Source of the DNA: Paraspadella gotoi
Taxonomy: Eukaryota > Animalia > Chaetognatha
DNA: 64,000 nt
NCBI GenBank assembly: GCA_051294375.1
Contig: CM119265.1
Span: 24,276,247 to 24,340,246 of the forward strand
Direction: 5' to 3'
Shown: in pieces, positions 12,201 to 24,768 of the stretch
How the letters are laid out: every line of letters begins with the position of its first letter
Position numbering within the stretch: the first letter of the stretch is position 1
Notes under the pieces: model-generated
Told to the model about the DNA's origin: nothing
Databases searched by the model: none
Seen by the model: the letters and a program-made list of their open reading frames with translations, nothing else
Position numbers and translations under genes: made by a program

Positions 12201-12471
12201 CCGTCTACCTATCCCTTCTTTTCATTTTTTTTCTTTCTCCACCAATCCACTATCGCCATCTTTCTCTCTCTTTGTCCTCGTCTATAAGGAATCAAAAAGC
12301 GCCGTTCCTCTAAGAAAAATACAAAACTTTGGATTTTTCTATTAATCTTCTGAAAAGAAAAGAAGCAACGCATTGGCGCGATACGGCCGTGGAAAAATAT
12401 ATACCTCGTTTTTTTCCCATTTTTTTTTTTCTCGATTCAATTTTTCATTCTTCTGGTGCTCTCTGCCCTCT

Positions 12472-12529
<58 letters not shown>

Positions 12530-13151
12530 TCTCTCTCTCTTCTCTCTCCCTCTCTCTCTTCCCCTTTCCTCCCTCCTATCTTGCCGCTTCAAGTAGGGCA
12601 TTCAGTTTTTGAAAATATTTTTTTTTAAATTTTTCAAACTTTTTTAATCTTCGTTTATTTCGCTGAAGCGATAGTTCTTTAAATTCAGTTCTTGGTGATT
12701 AGTTTTCATCGGCTGTCCAGTCTGTTCATTTTTAAAGTCGTTTATTTATGTCATATTTAAGAGGTCTTCAAATGGGAATTTATGACACGTCTGTTCTTAG
12801 GACGTTTTCTAATATGTATTAATCATTGGTTTATTGACATATTTTTAAACCTTTTTAATTTCATTTTAGACCGTTCTTTCCATTCGCCCTCGTTTCTTGA
12901 TATTATTTGAGACATCGTTATTGTATGTCATTTAGTCGTTTATTCATGTCTTCAAATTCAACGTTTATTTATGTATCTTTGACTCGCATATAAATTAGGC
13001 CACAAGAATAAGGTATACCGGTTAGGTTTATTCTTTGGTCGGGTCCTTATTGGGATAATAAAATCAATAAATTATCTTCCGTCACATTTCTCTCTGCTCT
13101 CCTCTCTCTCTTCTTCTCTCTCTCTCCGATCTCTCTTCTCTCTTCCTCTCT

Positions 13152-13187
<36 letters not shown>

Positions 13188-15009
13188 CCTCATCTCTCAC
13201 TCTCTTCTCTCTCTTTTCTTTCTTTCTCTCTCAACCGCAATCGGGAAAAAATATAAGTTACTATAAATCTGCTGGAATAATTATAATTTTTTCTTTGCGT
13301 AATTTAATATTAAAAACTCGTAGGAAGTTGGGTTTGTGGTTGTCGGTAATTTGTTGTCTTTCTTGTTTGTTGTCTACCGATATTCTATCTAATCTATCTA
13401 TCTTATCTATCATCTATCTATCTATCTTATCTATCTATTCTGCATTCATTTGTCTCCATTTTTCTTAAATTGTTGTTTCTTTCATCTGGAACTCCTTACC
13501 ATCCATTGCCGTCTTCCTGCCTCCTTAGGTTTTAATCGTCCTCTTCAAAATATTTATTTTTCAAAAATTACGTGAATAAAGAAACAAGAAACAAAGAAAC
13601 ACATGACGCCGCCGCGAAACTAGATATCTATTCCGCCTCCGGCGCCAAAGACCAGGCGACTTTGCAACCGCCCTCTTTGCAACGCCGTCGCCCGCCCCGC
13701 CCGCCGCCGCCACCGCCTCACCACCGATATCGCCGCTTGCCAAACGACTCCCAAACGTCAATTACGGACATTTAATCGCGGCGCCGTGGCGAACGCCTTC
13801 TCGTCGAACTGGGCGTCAGTTCCTCATACCCCTCATTCTGGGCGTCGCCGGCGTCTGGACTGTACATAAAAAGCGGCGCTATGTCGGCATTTATATGACT
13901 GGACCTCCCGACCGCACAAACAACAACAACAACATACAACAAACAACGCGTTCGTATTTCTTGTTTTCCTACACAAATGCAATTCTTCGTTTTCTTGTTC
14001 CCCTTCCTCATTCCTCACTTACTGTCTCTCCTCCCTCCTGCCCTTCGGTTCCCCTCCTTTGAGTATGAGTCGGAAGAAGAAATTGGGAGTCTGGAACATT
14101 TGTCCAAAAATATTTAATTAAATTTAATTATTTTTTATTACTAACTTAACTTAAAAATTCTTAGTTTTGAATAGCGGTTTAGAAAAACAAAAATTTCTCG
14201 GATGATTTATAGTATTCTAAGCATCGAAGGAATATCAAATCCACCAAAAAGCAATATGTAAATCTTATGGAAATTCAATCTCGTTTGTAAAAATGATTAA
14301 AAAGATTTTCGAGCCCGTTATTTGTCTTATGTACAACCAGGTTATCGGTCTAGCGTCGGACCAATTGGACACTGGACATTTTCCCTTTTTTTGCGTTAAT
14401 GCTGACGTTGTTTTCGTCCTTTTCGCCTGCGAGCGATTGCCCTCTCCACTCATTAGGCGCGTAGGTCCGACCTGTGCGCGCTGTCCAGTACATGGAACAC
14501 CGAAATAATTGTCACGATCACTGAAGCTACCGGGTTGGGCAGTGACTAGCGAGCCGCGGCTTCGTGGACTCAGAATCGAACACCTAGATTTCATGTTCAA
14601 GAACCCCGCGACAGACCGATCTGTTGTACAACTAGTAAACGCGAAACACCTTTCTGGCCCGCCATCAGCCGCACCTCTAAAACTGCATACCACACAAAAT
14701 CAGGCGAGGGCTACAGAGAGTGGAAAAGAATATATAATATAATCCAACAATGCAGTACAGATATGAACAGCGATACCTACAGCTCTATCGACAGGCCACA
14801 AGATCAGACGACTCCAGTCCGATAGTACGGAGCAACTGTAAATAGCTTTTCTTCACTGATCTCTCCTTTCTCTATTTTTTCCTCTTCGGAATTCCCAGAA
14901 CGTAGATAGAGAAACTGGTTGAATATTTTTCAGAATTGCAGAACGCATGGAATCATTTCTCTCTCTCTTTTCCATGGCTTTGCCACACCCTCTGACGACA
15001 TATGTCGCG
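9290..15009. repeat. Block B; reverse-complement copy at 18947-24768 (likely alternate haplotype or misassembly)
   Basis: Collinear reverse-complement matches from aatactgcaataaaatacgaaatc (~9365 vs ~24690) to ccatggctttgccacaccctctgacgac (~14975 vs ~18990). Confidence 0.9.
9431..10243. mobile_element. Non-autonomous hAT-like element, ~810 bp
   Basis: Termini TAGGA...TCCTA. TSD actttaat (9423-9430) and act-taat (10244-10250). Empty site cactttaattcat in the inverted copy at ~24629-24641. Confidence 0.7.
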
Positions 15010-15013
15010 TGCA

Positions 15014-18000
15014 CAGTCCGTTGGGAAAATTTTATCACGCTATTCTCATTGCAAAATTCTTACCTTTGACCCAAAATTTTGTGTTCTGGGTCTGTTACAT
15101 AACATAATGCCTTATATTTCGAACGAACATAGGGCTCTCTTTACCATGGACTGTTTCACTTTCAGTATAGGATCGCAAAGATAACGAGAACATAGAGTAA
15201 AGAAAGTCAGTGTCTAGAATAAGTAGCTTAAAACGGTGGACAAAATCTATAGTCTTACCATTGTCTATTGTAATTATCTGAGGTTAAACTTTGTTTTCAT
15301 AATAAAAAAAGCTCTATATGTCCAAATTCATTTATTACTGAGAGGATCAAGAGCTTATCTTTTAAAATCCTATCATTTTTTCATTTAAAGGAAATGTTAA
15401 GGCATAACAGATCAACACAAATATCTCTAATCAGAATTGACAAAACAATAATTGCTGTTTTGTTTTTTTGTATTCATTTTGTGGCTGGTGGATTGTTTGG
15501 CGTCTTTAAGAAAGATCTAAGAGACATTTTTGCGGAAAAAGCATGCTCTTAGGAACTTTAGGTATAGAATTTTTATAAAAAATATTTTTAAAGTTTAGTA
15601 TACTAAATGATTTTTAATTAATTAAAAAGTTGAATATTTAAATTTTTAGAAAAAACATTGTCTCAATGGAAGAATTACTAATATAAGGAACTTTGAGAAA
15701 TAATTTTTGCATTTTGAAAAAAAATCAGATTTTTTTCCCAATCGATTTTGTCACAATCTGAGTTGTTTTTATTTTTTGATTTATTTATTTTTATGGCAAA
15801 ATTATAATTCTTCGTGAGCATCGGGTCTGAAAAAAAGTTTTTTTCTTTTTAAATTTTTCGTTTTTTTTTTTTCTATTTATGTTTTCCATAAGTATTCAAG
15901 GGGATATGGAGGGACAGTTTTTCATTATCTTATTTATTGTGATCATTTGCTATTTAAGTTTTATATAATCATTACTTTTATAATAATACCTGTTAATGTT
16001 TTTTATATTAAAAAAAATTAATAAGTGTTTTATCCTCCTTATAGACATTGAAAAGAATTATTTTTTTTAATGTCTATCAAAGGACTATAATCTATAGAAA
16101 TGGTAATATCTGTCATATTAACAAAAGAGAAATGGAAAAGTGAATATTGGACATGTTTATGACCAAACAAGGCTGAGTAAGTGAGCAAAAGTTCTGGAAA
16201 TTGATGCAGAAACAAAGAAGACAGGCAACGAGAGAAAGGCAGAACAGAGCAACAGAGGTGAGATAAAGAGTGAAGAGCAAACAAGAGCCAAAGGCAAAGA
16301 GTAAGAGAGAGAATTCTGATTGTTTGTTTAAGGATGCGGAAGGTTTGCACGTTCGAGGCTAGTCACAAATATTTTTTTTTCGTAACCCAGGGGAGCATCT
16401 GATAATGAAAGATATTGAATGTGTACTTGCATGATTGATTTAATATAATTAATTAATAGAATAAATAACTGATTTGATTTACTTGAAGCAATAAATTGAT
16501 TATATTGGACTGATTAATTAATTTGATTGATTAATTGATGTAATTAACTGATTAATTATTTGATTAATTAATTACATCTGTGTATTTTCCAAGTCGGATT
16601 GACCACATAGGTATTATAATTGAAGTAATTAGATAATTGAAAGTTAAATAATTATATCAGTCAAATTAATTAATTAAATATGTTAATGTCGTCATTATGT
16701 CAATGGTAAATTATTTATGAATTATTATAATATTAATGTTATTTAATTTAATATTAATCATGGTAATTGGAGCAATTAATTAATTAATTTGATATTTGGG
16801 AATGGTTTGTTTGGGTTGATTTCATTAAATAGACTTATTAATTAATTATTGATAAGGCATCTTGAGATTGGTTAGACTAATTGATTAATTATACTGGATT
16901 ATATATTGTGATTAATTAATAACTTTGTTATTTCAACTCGGGGGATTTGCCCATGGTCTAATTATCGTAATATTTGTGAATTAATTAATTAAACTGATAA
17001 GTTATTAATAATGATAATTCAAGTACGTTTACATTAATTATTTAATTATTAATATATTTCTTAATTCCGATTCGAGATATATTTATTTTAATTAATTACG
17101 GCACATATAATTAATTCTGGATCCAAAATGTTTGTTTTGCACATTCGATTGTATCTGATTAATTCCATATTAACTTTGATAAATTAACTCTGACGTAATT
17201 TGATTAATTTAACTTGATTAATAATTTATTAAATAATTCACTTGATATTTTACGATTTAAAAATAAAAGAAAAAGAAGCATAATCAATTAGTAAAACAGG
17301 TTCTTTGTTTTTTTTCATTTAAACTCATTTTACTCAAACTTTCCATCGAAACTGATTCCAGTTTAATCACAACACTTTTCCTTACCCACATTACAAAATC
17401 AGGTCAAGCTCCCCAATCCAACTTCATGAGAATTGGTCTCAATAGTGAAATATATTTTTTGTTTTTCCATTAAAACTCATTTCCACTCGGACGATTCCAT
17501 CAAAACTTCATAGTCCAGCTCAAGCACACACTTCCCTACCCACACACAAAAATATCATTCTAATCATCCATTCCAATCACGAGTAATTTGTATTTTGTTA
17601 AGTTGGGACGGACGGACGGTCATCGGTTTTTTTTTGATAATTTATTCATAATTTGATGTTCTGGACATGATATAAGTGAATCCCGTTCAAGATTGAGTGG
17701 GCGGACCGACGGACCGACAAAGTAAATTAAAGTCGGGATCTGCTTGAAATCTGACGGAATCATCAGTAGCAGCAGGAGAAAACTTTTCATTGACAAATAA
17801 ACTGTATCAGCAGATGAGAGAGAGGATAGCTATATTGGTTTTTAAAAAATTAAATAGAGAATTAGAGATGAGAGATATAAATAAAATGAGAAAATTTGTT
17901 TAATTTGATAAAACGTAAACAAAAACATATTTAATAACTGTTCTTCACCCAAATTTCAAGGACCTCGACACACAAACGACTTGATGACGACGATGACGAC

Positions 18001-18533
18001 GCATTTATGTGCGACGATAAAAATACAAATTAAATTAATAAAACTAAAATTGATCTTTACTTTTTTCTAATTAAAAATATACTTCCACTAGCTGATTTCC
18101 GTGAAATTGGAATTCCAGCTCCATATGACCAGTTTTTTAATCACGGACAAAATTTCAACTCAATGATTTTATCCAACATAAGTAAATAAGACTTTAAATG
18201 TATGGGAGAAAAGAGGACAAGACAGACAGATGGACAGGACAAATGTTTAAGTTTTTGATATCAAACGACAGCTTAAACATAAGGGAGATTCTGACTGCAT
18301 TGTTTTTAGAGCTATGTTTTTCCCACATATAGAATAAACCAATCTTCTTTAGTTTTTGAATTCTGACGGCATATGTATTTAACTGATATCTTTGAAGCAT
18401 TTAAAAAGGATTTGCATTAATTTTTATACATAACATTTCACGGAGTAGTAATTGACCTAGATGAGAAACAATAAAAAATGAAAAATTCAATAATGAAATT
18501 TTTTTTTAACTGCATATTTTATCTACGAGACTG
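15014..18533. mobile_element. Possible Tc1/mariner-like non-autonomous composite insertion, ~3.5 kb
   Basis: Ends CAGTC...GACTG|TA with loosely matching termini. The flanks join directly in the inverted copy (18947-18990). Very AT-rich interior with a ~130-bp internal direct repeat (17310-17560). Confidence 0.4.
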
Positions 18534-18596
18534 TACATCGCGTCCATATCGGCGCTCGCTCTCTCGCTGCTCTCGCTCTCTTCTTTTCCTCTCTCT

Positions 18597-18683
<87 letters not shown>

Positions 18684-18809
18684 GGCTCTGGTTTCCGCAC
18701 CATATACATATATCGTTTACGTGTTGCTTGTTTATCGCGCACTCGTGACACATCTCTCGGGTATCAGCGAATCGGAACCTAAAATGTCTCTCTCTTTCTC
18801 TCTTCTCTC

Positions 18810-18845
<36 letters not shown>

Positions 18846-19636
18846 CTCTCTCTCTCTCTGCTCTTCTCAAATTCTTAAAAATTTTTCAGTTCAGAAGCCT
18901 CCCCAGAACCAGATCTTGTACNNNNNNNNNNNNNNNNNNNNNNNNNAGAGAGCGAGAGAGCGAGAGAGCGAGCGCGATATGTCGTCAGAGGGTGTGGCAA
19001 AGCCATGGAAAGAGAGAGAGAAATGATTCATGCGTTCTGCAATTCTGAAATATTCATCTCTCTCTGAATTCCGAAGAGAGAAAAAAGAGAGAAAAGCTAT
19101 TTACAGTTGCTCGTCTATCGGATGAGTCGTCAGACTTGTGGCCTTTCGTGCGTAAGGTCGTTGTTTCGACTCCCCTCTTCCCCTTTTTTTTTCATTTAAG
19201 TCTTCCCAAGTTCTTACTTTTGTACAACCGATGGTTCGGTTGACATGAAATCTCGTCGAATCGAGTCCACGAATGACTCGCTACACTCAACGTGACTCAT
19301 ACGTGACAAATTAATTCGGTGTTCGTGACAACGGAAGTCGGAACCACGCCCACTGGTGAAGCAATCGCTCAGGCGAATGACGAAAACGTCGACAGTTACC
19401 AAAAAAGGGAATGTCCAGTTGTCCAGTTGTCCAGTTGTCCAATTGTCCAATTGTCGACGCTAGACCGATAACCTGGTTGTACATAAGACGACACGCTCAA
19501 TATTTTTATTTTTTAAAACCCATAAGATTAAAAAGATTACATTTGCTTTTGGTGGATTGATACTCCTGCGATGCTAGAATACAATCATCCGAGAAATTTT
19601 GTTTTCAAAGTATTCAAAGAATTTTAAGTTAAGTTA

Positions 19637-20343
19637 GAATAAAAATAATTAAATTTAATTAAATATTTTTGACAAATGTTCCAGGGACCCTTTTTTTTCC
19701 CCCAAATTTTTTTTTTTTCCCCTTCTTTTTTTTAATTTTTTTTTCCCGGAATTTTTTTTCAATCAAAGAGGGACGAAGAAGGAGGAGGGGAGGAGAGGGA
19801 GGATGAGGAGTGGAGGAGGAGGAGGAGAAAAAAACTGAGAATCATCGGTGACGGAAAAACAAGAAATACGAACGGCGTTTTGTTGTTTTGTTGTTGTTGT
19901 TGTTGTTGTTTGTGCGGTTCGGGTCGTCAATAAAGCCGACATAGCGCCGCTTTTATGTACGCCGACGCCGGCGACGCCAGAAAGGGATGAGAAACTGACG
20001 CCGCTTCGACGAGAGGCGTTTCCGGCGCCGCGATTATGTCGTATTGACGTCTTGGGAGTCGTTTGGCAGCGGCGATATCGGTGGTGGAAGCGGCGGCGGC
20101 GGCGGCGACGGCGTTGGCAAAGAGGGCGTTGCAGTCGCTGGTCTTTGGCGCCGGCGGCGGAATATTCTGTTTCGGCGGCGTCATGTGTTTCTTTGTTTCT
20201 TTGTTTCTTTATTCCGTAATTTTTGAAAAATAAATATTTTTGAAGAGGACGATTAAACCTAAGGAGGCAGGAGAGACCAATGGGATGGTAAGGAGTTCCA
20301 GATGAAGAAACAACAATTTAAGAAAATGGAGACAAATGATTGC

Positions 20344-20388
<45 letters not shown>

Positions 20389-20606
20389 TATATATAGATA
20401 GTAGATAGATCGGTAGACAACAACAAGAAAGACACAACATACCGACAACCACAAACTCAACTTCCTACGTAGTTTTTTATTTAAAATACGCAAAGAAATT
20501 ATAATTTATTCGCAGATTTTATTAGTGACTTATATTTTTCCCATCATTGCGGTTGAGAGAGGGAAAGAAAGAAGAGAGGAGAGATGTGAGTGATTGAGAG
20601 AGAGAG

Positions 20607-20645
<39 letters not shown>

Positions 20646-22087
20646 TGCCGAAGCATAATTTATTGAAAATTTATATCTCAATAGGACCCGACAAGAATAT
20701 CCTAACGGTATACTTATTCTTGTGGCCTAATTATGCATTCAAAGATACATAAAAAGACGTCTGAATTGACATGAAAAACGACTAAATGACATAATAAACG
20801 ATGTCTCAAATAATATCAGAAACGACGTCTAAAATGAAATTAAAAAGGTTTAAAAATTATGTTATAAACAATGTCTTAATTGACATTAGAAACGTCTTAA
20901 GAACATCATAAATGTCATTAGAAACGCTTAAAATGACATAAAAACGACTTTTAAAATGACAGAGGCGCCGATGAAAACCTCACCAAGAACTGATTTAAAG
21001 ACTANNNNNNNNNNNNNNNNNNNNNNNNNCGGTCTCCCTCCCAAAGATTTTGTTATTAGAATAAAAATAATTAAATTTATTAAATATTTTTGACAAATGT
21101 TCCAGGGACCCTTTTTTTTCCCCCAAATTTTTTTTTTTTCCCCTTCTTTTTTTTAATTTTTTTTTCCCGGAATTTTTTTTCAATCAAAGAGGGACGAAGA
21201 AGGAGGAGGGGAGGAGAGGGAGGATGAGGAGTGGAGGAGGAGGAGGAGAAAAAAACTGAGAATCATCGGTGACGGAAAAACAAGAAATACGAACGGCGTT
21301 TTGTTGTTTTGTTGTTTGTTGTTGTTCTTGTGCGGTTTTCGGGTCGTCAATAAAGCCGACATAGCGCCCGCTTTTATGTACGCAAAGGACGCCGGCGACG
21401 CCAAAAGGGATGAGAAACTTGGACGCCGCTTCGACGAAGAGGTTTCCGGCGCCGCGATTATGTCGGTATTGACCGTCCCCTGGGGGAGGGTCGTTTGGCA
21501 GCGGCGATACGGTTGGTGGAAAGCGGCGGCGGCTGGCGGCGACGGCGGTTGGCAAAAGAGGGCGTTGCAGTCGCTGGTCTTTGGCGCCGGCGGCGGAATA
21601 TTCTGTTTCGGGCGGCGTCCATGTGTTTTTCTTTGTTTCTTAGATTATCTTTATTCCTTTAATTTTTGAAAAATAAATATTTTTGAAGAGGACGATTAAA
21701 CCTAAGGAGGCAGGAGAGACCAATGGGATGGTAAGGAGTTCCAGATGAAGAACAACAATTAAAGAAATGGACGACAAATGATTGCAGGATTTAGATAGAT
21801 AGATAGATAGAATAGATAGAATAGATAATAGATAGAAGATAGATAGATAGATAGATAGATAGATATATATATAGATAGTAGATAGATCGGTAGACAACAA
21901 CAAGAAAGACACAACATACCGACAACCACAAACTCAACTTCCTACGTAGTTTTTTATTTAAAATACGCAAAGAAATTATAATTTATTCGCAGATTTTATT
22001 AGTGACTTATATTTTTCCCATCATTGCGGTTGAGAGAGGGAAAGAAAGAAGAGAGGAGAGATGTGAGTGATTGAGAGAGAGAGGAGG

Positions 22088-22125
<38 letters not shown>

Positions 22126-22516
22126 TAGAGAGAGAGAGAGGAGATATGTCCGAAGCATAATTTATTTGAAAATTTATTATCCTCAATAGGACCCGACAAG
22201 AATATCCCTAACGGTATACTTATTCTTTTGTGCCTAATTATGCATCAAAAGTACATAAAAAGACGTCTGAATTGACATGAAAAACGACTAAATGACATAA
22301 TAAATGATGTTCTCAAATATATTCAGAAACGACGTCTAAAATGAAATTAAAAAGGTTTAAAATTATGTTTATAAACAATGTCTTTAATTGACATTAGAAA
22401 CGTCTTAAGAACATCATAAATTGTCATAGAAACGCTTAAAATGACATAAAAACGACTGTTTAAAATGACAGAGCGCGATGAAAACCTCACCCAAGGAACT
22501 GATTTTAAAAGGACTA
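19637..22516. repeat. ~1.4-kb direct duplication (19637-21004 and 21059-22516) around a 25-N gap; probable gap-overfill artefact
   Basis: The second copy is an indel-rich version of the first, and the junction is exactly 25 N (21005-21029). Confidence 0.85.
19927..20184 (-). CDS. Candidate 85-aa Ala/Pro-rich ORF of unknown function
   Basis: ATG after an A-rich leader; GC-rich patch with high GC3; noisy copies at ~13603-13900 (+) and ~21347-21622 (-). No recognisable domain. Confidence 0.25.
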   Translation of the reverse strand: MTPPKQNIPPPAPKTSDCNALFANAVAAAAAASTTDIAAAKRLPRRQYDIIAAPETPLVEAASVSHPFLASPASAYIKAALCRLY

Positions 22517-23413
22517 TCGCTTCAGCGAAATAGACGAGATTAAAAAAGTTTTTTGAAAAATTTAAAAAAAATGGTTTTTTTAAAAAACGAATGTGGCGCC
22601 TACTTTTGAACGGCAAGAGAGGAAGGGAGGAAGGGGAAGAAGAGAGAGAGAGAGAGAGAGAGAGAAGAGAGAGAGAGAAGAGAGAAAGAGAGAGAGAGAG
22701 GCAAGGAGCGGCAGAAGGATAAAAATGAATCGAGAAAATGAAAGAGAATATTTTTTCCACGGCCGTATCGCTGCCATTGCGTTGCTTCTTTTCTTTTCAG
22801 AAGATTAAATAGAAAAATCCAAAGTTTTGTATTTTTCTTAGAGGAACGGCGCTTTTTGATTCTTAAGACGAGGAAAAGAGAGAGAAAGATGGCGATAGTG
22901 ATTGTGGAGGAAAGAAAAAAAATGAAAAGAAGGATAGGTAGAGGAAAAGAAAGAGAAAAATGGAGAGATTGATTGGTGGAGGAAAGGAAAGAAAAAATGG
23001 CGAGAGTGATTGGTGGAGGAAAGGAGAGAGAAAATTGAAGAGACTGATTGGTGGAGGAAAGGAAAGAGAAAAATGGCGAAAGTGATTGGTGGAGGAACAT
23101 AAAGTGAAAATGGAGAGAATGATTGTTGGTTAAGAAAATGTGAGTTAGAGAGCTACGAAGAAAAAATAGAGGAAAGGGCAGAGATGAACGAGAAAAACAG
23201 AAAGAGAAAGAAAAAAATAAAAATAGAGAGAGAAAGAGAAACTAAATCGATTCATGTTTTCCATCTGAAAAACTTTGTCTACTTCATTCCTCTTCCTCTT
23301 CTTCCCTCCTCTTCTTTCTCCGCAAACATCCTTTGCTTTTTCCAACCAAAACATTCGTTTGTTTTTTATTCGTTCGACTATAAACTCGACTGCCACCTGG
23401 AGGGAAATTGAAG

Positions 23414-23543
23414 ACGACGACGACGACGACGACGCTGACGACGACGCTGACGACGACGTTGACGACGACGTTGACGACGACGACGACGACGACGCTGACG
23501 ACGACGACGTTGACGACGACGTTGACGACGACGTTGACGACGA
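23414..23543. repeat. (GAC)n trinucleotide repeat; another at 50912-50987
   Basis: Direct reading. Confidence 0.95.
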
Positions 23544-24734
23544 CATGGGCGCAGTCGAAGTAGATATGGTGAGGAAAATGACCACGACGAAAAATGTCAA
23601 AATTACATTTCGAACCTTAGGCACGAGTTGTTTAAGAATTATAGTATTGTGGCGTTAAAATTTAAAACAGTGTTCGTCCTTAGCCTCGTTTCGAAGGCGT
23701 CTTAACTGGGCGTTCAGGGTATAGTCCGTGGCTTTCCCGGTTCTGTCCTAAAAATAGAACTGATTTTTACCTTGGGTGGGCGGTAGAGCGTAAGTAAAAA
23801 AAATTATTTTAGTCAATTATGAAAACGTACCATCAGTAAACATTAATTTATTATGTATAATCCCCGTCCTTATTCTTTATTAAAACTGATAAATTTCACA
23901 TCGTAATACTTCTGAGATTGGTTGATCTTGACCGGGCGACCAAGGCGCCCGACCCTTCCAGAAACTTGACGTTGGAAGCGGGCACGTAGGTCGGCCCGAA
24001 TTGAAGTTTGAATTTCTAATTTTATTTTGAAGACTATTTTTTGTTCCGATATGTTGAGCCATTTAAGCCCGAAACAGTCCCGCCCGAAGGACGATAGAGC
24101 CGCGGTCAATAATAACGAAAGCAACGAACTGCAGCGCAAATATCTGACCGTTTTTTCCCCAGGAAAAAAAATTAGTTTAGTTTAATCACTCGGGACGTCG
24201 ATATCTTTTTGGATTCGTCCATTTCTTGCCATTCGCGAGTCGTTTTCATAACAATTTTTTATAACTAAGGAAGAGGATCGGCGACGTGGGTAAAATTTAC
24301 AGTTCCAATGATTCTGCAAGCTGATAGGTCGATTCCGGTTCCATGCTTGACCAATCAGAATTCGGCGATCCGATTTGCTTTTGGTAGCTTGATACTCCTG
24401 CGATGTTATTAATAATCTCTTCTTCATATTATAATTTGTTTTCTCTTTATTCTATCCTTCGCATTGGGTACGCGAACTAAATTTAATTCAATTTGTAGAT
24501 TGATTTTCTAGTTTACTACAATTTGAAAGAGATACTTTCAGAGTTGGCAGGAAAAGAAAACTTGTTTAAATGAAAACAATCGTCTAAACCTGATCCTTTA
24601 AACCATCGTAACTAGTCAGTACATAAATATGAATTAAAGTGAATAATTTTTCAGCGTCACAGAGTTTCATAAATTGATTTCGTATTTTATTGCAGTATTT
24701 CATTTAATGTTATCGAACAACTTGTTCTGTCTCG

Positions 24735-24768
<34 letters not shown>

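Noticed and set aside
9290-24768. Giant-TIR element (Maverick/foldback) or true palindrome
   Set aside because: The inversion centre and outer end coincide with 25-N gaps, and no polB, integrase or transposase is seen. A misplaced haplotype is the simpler explanation.
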